This document shows, piece by piece, positions 57,018 to 64,000 of a stretch of DNA of 64,000 nucleotides. Made by a program: the position numbers and the translations under genes. Below the pieces are notes generated by a model. That model saw only the letters and a list, made by a program, of their open reading frames with translations, made no database searches and was not told the origin of the DNA. This DNA is from the human T2T-CHM13v2.0 reference genome, Homo sapiens. Every line of letters starts with the position of its first letter. Position 1 is the stretch's first letter. Location: NCBI RefSeq assembly GCF_009914755.1, contig NC_060930.1; one strand, 5' to 3'.

Positions 57018-59918
57018 GCACTTAGCCCCTAGTAACCCTTAAGAATAAAGACAGCAGCCATTCTGGGGCACTGAAAGTATGTAAGGATGTTTCTCTTCAT
57101 TGGGTAGCACTGGCAATAATACAACCCCAAATAATACATAAAGCTAAATGATGAAACTAGCCTAGCATACCTGAAAATACCAACATTCAACAAATAGTCA
57201 TTGAACGCCTATTTAAGGTAGCCACCAGTCATACAAAGAACTCACAAGTTTGCCCACAGAGGGCTTGAGGTCAAGTCAGGAATCCCAACAAGCACAGAAG
57301 TTCAGTTTGGGGCAGTGAGCGCTCAGTGCTGCAAGAGCAGAGGAAAGGGGCATCCAAAACATTGGGATTTAGGGAAGGTACAGGCCATCACTCCTCCCTG
57401 GCACCACAGTTACCACAGAAAAGGAAAAATGATCCTCCAATGGCCCAAAGCCTATCAGCCTCACACACAGAGGGGACTTATGGTTGGGAGTGCAAGTCTC
57501 CCACCCTGGCCTCCTGGGCCATCAGGTTGACATGTGGATAGCACAGGAATGGTACTGTAGATAACTGGCCAGGTCTATCCACAAGCTTCAAAGGCATCCT
57601 CTGACTGGGTTCCATTTATATTACAAAATGAACCGTTTTCCCCAAATTTCCTTGACCATTTAAATCTATTTGTATTTCTTCCCACTTAAGTACTTAAAGT
57701 TCAAATATAAATTTAACACTATGGCTAATTTCCCACGAAGTTTCAAAATATGATCCTTGGCAGGATTATGAAACTTCTTCAGGTCATTCCGGTGGAGGAT
57801 TAGAGGTGAGAAGCGGATGGAGAGGCACAGAGGGGGATGCAGTGCCAGGACCTGGCACTATCACCAAACATCAGTGTGGTCCACCTGGCTAGGGTGGAAG
57901 GAAGAAGGAACACTCCAAAGACAGCAGGGCATATCTGAGCCTCACAGCAGGAGCTAAAAAACTTGCACTGAAATTACTTAGATTTCTTTAAAGTCTCCCT
58001 GTAAAGCTATTGCCATATCTAAAGAGGTTTGCTTGTGTACATGAGTGTGTGTTTGTTTTACTTTTAAGGATTGTGAAGCACCAGGATGCTTGATAATGCA
58101 ATGCCTCAAGCGCCTGCCATAGTTTTGGCTGCTATGTTTTAGTCTTTGCAAACACAATGACTATTTTGAAGATAGTTCCTTAACCCTGTTCCTATACCTG
58201 ACGTTGTGCTGGGCATTGCGGGGCCGTGAAAGACAAGTTATGTCCTCTGAGCTGCTTATGTGCAGAGGCTGACACAGAGACTGCACCTACAATTGGAAAA
58301 ACTTTGAGCAAGTATATAAATCAAATGATGAAAAAGAATAACACTCTGAAGCAGCATGGGGTAAATGCTGCATATAAATCTTTGCATTACTGCAAACCTC
58401 GAAGGTACTGCAACTACCCTCAGGTGCTTTGGAACCATTCCAACATGCATAGTTTAGTTAAATGCACCTATCCAGATGTCGAAATAAAATTAAGGCCTTT
58501 CTTGGTCTCCATACCAGAGAATTCCATACACATCTCTACATGACTAAGTCACTTCTTTAACTATTTACTGTGGTGTGAAGGGCCTGGGAGAGAATTTAGA
58601 AGTTGGAAATGTCTAAAAAGTTAGAAAAGAAGAATTACAAGGAAAAATGATTAGATGAAACCATTCTACTTCTAGGAGAGCTAAGTAAAAATGAAAGCTC
58701 TTCTAGGGCGGACTTAAATGAAAAGCCCCCTCTGGCCCCTAGAAACTAGAGGGAACAGAGAAGGACCCCAGGTGCAGGGAATAAGGACCTGATGTGGGTG
58801 AGTGGGAAGGAACAGAGCATGAGTCCAATTTTGTACTTAATCTCCAGGTAAATTGGAATGGATCCTCATATCCCTAGTACTCTTCTCCAGCAATCTGGAA
58901 AATTTGGCCAGGATTTGTACCATTTTGCCACTAGACACTGCTGGAAGACAGATAAGATATTGTAGTTAAGGTTCTTTGGGATGCAAGTAACAGAAACTGC
59001 CTTTAGCTATAAATGAAATTTACTTAAAGATACTGGGGTAACTCACTGAATGCAAAAGAAAGCTGAGACAAACAAACAAATCAAAACAAGTTCCAGGAAG
59101 GGCAGGATCTATAAGCCTTCTCTCTGAAACCCTACTGTTATGGTGACTTAAGTCTACCATTCCCAGGTTTTTCTCTCTTGCTCCTGGAAGAATCTGCTGG
59201 TCAGCCCTGTATCAATTGTGAGGCCAAGAGCAGGAACAAGGATGCAATACAGGCATGGCAGCTGAGCATCAGCTGTAGTTTAGGTGCAGTTGCCAGAGCT
59301 GAGAGGTTTCTTTGTGAGCCACCCCCATGGTATCCACTACTCTCTAAGACAAGCTCATGGTACGGCAGTCCATGGTGATGAGTTGCATTAAAGCTTCACA
59401 TAGGGAAGAGAGAGGGAGAGAAAACAGGTATACATTAGAGGAGGAATCTAAGAAAGAGTACTGTGCTGGAGAAAATTGTTAAGCATGGAATGTATTACCA
59501 AAAAACCCACCAACAGCTGAAACTAGGAACTGAATGTTAAAAAAATAGACTATGTTCTATAAAAAGATGGCTAAGTTGTATGTCTGTCCCAAAGACAAGA
59601 CGACCTCCTGAGGCTTTCTCCAGTACTAAGATTTTGTGATTCTGTGATAAAATGTCACCCTATTGTTATGATTCGCATTTCTCAAACCCTGTCCATTAGA
59701 TGTTAATCGATGTTCCATGAATAACAGTTTCAAACAAGTTCAAAGACTATTAAAGTTAAACCTTTGTTATTGTTTATGTTTGTTTGCTTTTCTTTTTTTG
59801 CTGCAGGACATCTCTCAATCTTAATATATATACCACGACTCTCCAGAAAAGGACAGGATTATGAATGCAAGATTTACCAAATGTATTTGACACAGAATCT
59901 TTTGGTTGATGAATGATT

Positions 59919-60233
<315 letters not shown>

Positions 60234-60429
60234 TGAAGAATGATTTGGAATACTCTTTGAGCGACTCCTAGTGACAGATTAGGGAATTTTGTGTTCCACA
60301 GAACACAGTTCAGAAAACACCACATTAGTCTATGTATTTCTTGGTGTACTTCAACTAGTTCAAATGGTTGACACACAACGCTCCCTGCTTTCTTGATAAT
60401 GTTTAATTTAATTCTAGATTTATTTTACA

Positions 60430-60850
60430 CAGGCTTTTTTTGTTAATTCATATACAGTAAGATTCATTCTTTGTGGTGCACAATTTTACAGGTTTTGAAA
60501 AATTCCTAGAGCTATCTACAACTACAGTCATAATAAGAACAGTTCCATTGCCCCCCAGATTCCCTCATGCTGCCTGTTTATAGTCAAATCCTTCCCCAGA
60601 CCCGATCCCTGGCACCCATTGGTCCGTTTTTCATCCCTTTGGTTTTGCCTTTACAGAATGTCATATAAATGGAATCGTGTATTATGTCACCTTTGGGCCC
60701 GGCTTCTTTTACTTAGCAAAATGCATCTGACATTCATCCATGTTGTTATGTGAATCAATAGTTTGTTCCTTTTCATTGTCGAATTGTATTCCCTTGTTTG
60801 AATGGGCCATAATTTGTTTTCCCAGTCATCCACTGAAGAAGGTCATATAG
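60430..60850 (-). mobile_element. Old L1M (MD/ME-like) 3' end
   Basis: CAGAATGTCATATAAATGGAATC...TTACTTAGCAAAATGCAT...ATTCATCCATGTTGTT. Confidence 0.75.
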
Positions 60851-62790
60851 CTTTTTACTTGTCAGAAAATGATAAATCAAATGAGCATGTGTTCTTAGCT
60901 AACAAATGAAGCATACTCTTGGGTACTATAATATCAACTGAAATTTTGTCTCAGTCAAAGAGAATATCTGATAAACTGCAAATGATTATGTTTTTCTTTT
61001 ACTTGAGAATAAAAACCATGAGAACATACTGGGTTTGTCCACATCATCATTAAACATAAAAATATCCCAAATAAATTCCCATAAAACTTAAGAGATTTCC
61101 CACAGAAGCTGTCCCTGCCAGATAGGAAAACTAGTTAATAGAAAATCCCAGAGGTATTTAAGAATTATTGGTTATTTCGTCATGCACCATGACCTCATTT
61201 ATAGAGCAGACAAAACAACTCTCTTAGAAGTAGGAGGTGATGGGCAGAGGTGAAGTTCCTTTCATAAGAAAAATAAGATCAACAGAATATTACTTATGAA
61301 GATCAGAATAATGTGTTGCATCCACTAACCCACTTACTACCTCATTTCATTCTGAATATATCCTCTACTCTCCACTGATCCTTGTGGAAATTCATCACGG
61401 TTGCATTTACAGACCAGGAGTGTCTCATGTTACAAGATGAGACAGGTCACCTTTGGATGACTCAATTCAAGAAAACTTGTCAATTCAAACTCCCCAGTCT
61501 GCGACTGCCTCTAAACCCACTCCAGAGAGTTTTGCTCTCCTACTGACAATCATGCATTTCCTCTATGGCTTTAAAAGGAGGACTTTGGCCTTGATGCTGT
61601 TTTCCTGGAGAAAAACTGTTTTGGATCTCAAAGCATCTCTGCAGACAAAGAGCTACAGAGACACCTTTTATTTCTGCTATTGTTTTCTTTGTTTCATTTT
61701 GTTTTGTTTGATGCACTTTGTGGAGGTCAAGCTTACTTCTCTGAAAATGTATGACAGTCTCTCCGGCCATTTCCAGGATTCCAAGAGTAACTCCATCTAG
61801 AAGATGTAAGATTCCCAGAGTTTCTCAAAGACATCGTGTTTAAGGAGGAAATGGTCTTATTTTACTGGCTTGATATTGAGTGTTGAACAATTTCTATTAT
61901 TCATGCAACAAACATTGAATAAGTCCTAGGGCAGAGAGCACAGGACAGTGAACAGGATAGATGCCAGCCCCGGCCTTCATGTATCTGATAGACACAGGAG
62001 AACCGACATGCTTTAAAACAATTTAATGGGGCTAAAAGCTGTTTGAAACTGGCTTCATGGCTCTATGAGAATATCATCAAACTGTCTAAATTCTAGGAAA
62101 TTTTCCAAATAATGACCGCAAGAAATTGGCTACAGACTTTAACTTCCCACAAAGATACAATTCATTATTGTGCATTCTCCTTAAGACTGAAAGTGCAAAA
62201 AACTGTTCGGACTTATAAAAATTAAAGAAAAACAAATTTATAAAAGTAAAGGAAACTGCTGTTCTTTTGAAATTGTGTGTGCCCAGAAAGGCCACTGCAT
62301 TCCCTTAAAGAGAATATCCCTCAAGATAGTTGAGAACTCAGATATAAAAAGTGAAAATAAAGGCTTTTAAAAAATCGTGTATAGATTAAATGTCATTTGT
62401 TTTTAAGATGTCCCAAATTCTACCCATTAAAAGAAGATAGTGAGAATTCTGTTAGGTCACTGATGGGTACTGACAGCTTTCAATGTGGGCCCCAGGCTCT
62501 GCTGGGCTTCCAGGTAGATATTAACTGCCTTCCCCTCCAGCCCAGAGAAGGGGGCCTATCCCCACCCCACTGCACAGAAAGATGCCAACTTTAGCTAAGC
62601 TCCCTGTAAGGAGGTGGTTAATTAGGAGGACCCAGAAAGATGTGATAGTGGGAATGGAGCAGTCACAGAAGCTGAAAACCTCAGAGATACCACTCCCCTG
62701 TACCCACCACAGATCATGGTGGGCCAGGCTTTGCCCAAAATGAAGTCAGGTCTCAGAGTCTCGCTCTGAATCATGATCCTCATTCCTCAC

Positions 62791-62873
62791 TGTGAGTGTA
62801 TTCATCATAACAAATTATCGTAGACTGGGTGACTTAAATGACAGAAACTTATCCTCATGGCCCTGGAGGCTGG
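62791..62873. mobile_element. MLT1-type LTR terminal fragment
   Basis: CATAACAAATTATCGTAGACTGGGTGACTTAAATGACAGAAACTTAT...CTGGAGGCTGG. Confidence 0.65.
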
Positions 62874-62970
62874 TGATGGGAATTTTTCAGCTCCATCATA
62901 GTCTTATGGGACCACTGTCATGTAGGCGGTCCATTTTTGAACCAAACCTTGCTATGCGGTGCGTGACTGT
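62874..62970. mobile_element. Tigger3/MER7 terminal fragment
   Basis: GGAATTTTTCAGCTCCATCATAGTCTTATGGGACCAC...TATGCGGTGCGTGACTG. Confidence 0.7.
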
Positions 62971-64000
62971 GTGTGAATGAGTGAATGAATGTATGAATGG
63001 CTCTTTGTTCCAGCTCTATCTCTTATTAGCCATTTTTTCCTTGAGTAATTCAATTTACCTACCCAAGCCTCAGGATTCTAAAGTTAGTGCCTTAATTCAC
63101 ATGGCAATTGTGTAGCTCAAATAACAGAAAATATATAAAAATACTTTATGAACATTTTACGTAAATTTTAAGAGTTACTATTCTGGTCTGTCAAAACACA
63201 GAGAAAAGAAGACAAACAACTAATTTTTATGAGTCCAACTAAAATAGATTTTTTATTTTCTTAATATAGCAAGTCTATGCAAATCCACATGTATGGGGCC
63301 AATTTTCCAATTCCAGTCTCATCCTAGGAGTTCCCAGATGTCCAGAACTCATAATATAAACATTAGAGAGCACTATTAAATTATAGCAAGGGCATGGCAC
63401 TTCTCTTTATAGCAATCCAAGGTCAAATGAACCTCTAATGGGACACATAGAGATTCTTCTCTTGGATGACTTCAAAAAGGGCTTGGGGACATACATGTTT
63501 ATAAAAAACATAATCAGGACTCAGAATTTATAAGTAAAATTATAACACAACTTTGGAATCCAGGCTGCAGAAGTCCAGTAGTATTTAAACTTGAAATGAG
63601 ACGAAAACTCTGCCATTCCTTTGGTTTACCTGTCCTGTGCACCAGATTTAATTATGTGGGGCAGAGGGCAAACAGACATCAACCTCAGTTCCTGGGAGAT
63701 GAAGCTGGACTTATTTATTTTTCTCTCATTTTTTTTTCCACAAAAACTATTTCAGGGTTTACTTTGACCCAAATCCCCTGTTGGCCTGCTTTGAGGATAA
63801 GGTGAGAGATCTGAGGACTGAGAAGTAATGAAGGCCAAGCATCTTCATTTGTAAGAGGGAAAGAAAAAAAAAATAGAAGCAAAGGAAAATGGAACAGGCT
63901 TGTAAGGTAATTAGCCATTTTCAAATGCAGCGATGGGCAAAGGAAACAAAACGTAGAACATGTATTAAAAGTCAAGCAGATGGTTTAGAAAATACAGCTG

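Overview
Primate (almost certainly human) non-coding genomic DNA. There is no credible multi-exon protein-coding gene, RNA gene or CRISPR array; the longer ORFs in the track lie mostly in Alu, LTR12 or MER6 sequence. The window holds about 18 Alus (J, S and Y types, mostly with visible target-site duplications, TSDs), a complete 1.58-kb solo LTR12C (ERV9) on the minus strand at 9053-10632, MST and MLT2 solo LTRs, old L1M and young L1PA fragments, MIR and L2 relics, and DNA-transposon fossils (MER5, MER20, MER91A, MER47, MER6, Tigger3). A repeat-poor stretch at about 11-25 kb contains enhancer-like blocks, and a few + strand segments have exon-like splice signals (4678-4810, 47986-48103), suggesting an intron-rich lncRNA locus or gene desert. 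I cannot name the locus. The most unusual directly visible features are short locally templated copies (26545->28202, 50196<->51315), an MST LTR flanked by a ~55-bp duplication, and a remodelled NF-Y array in the LTR12C. I found no evidence for a new multi-gene system. Repeat subfamily calls come from recalled consensus features, not from a RepeatMasker run.
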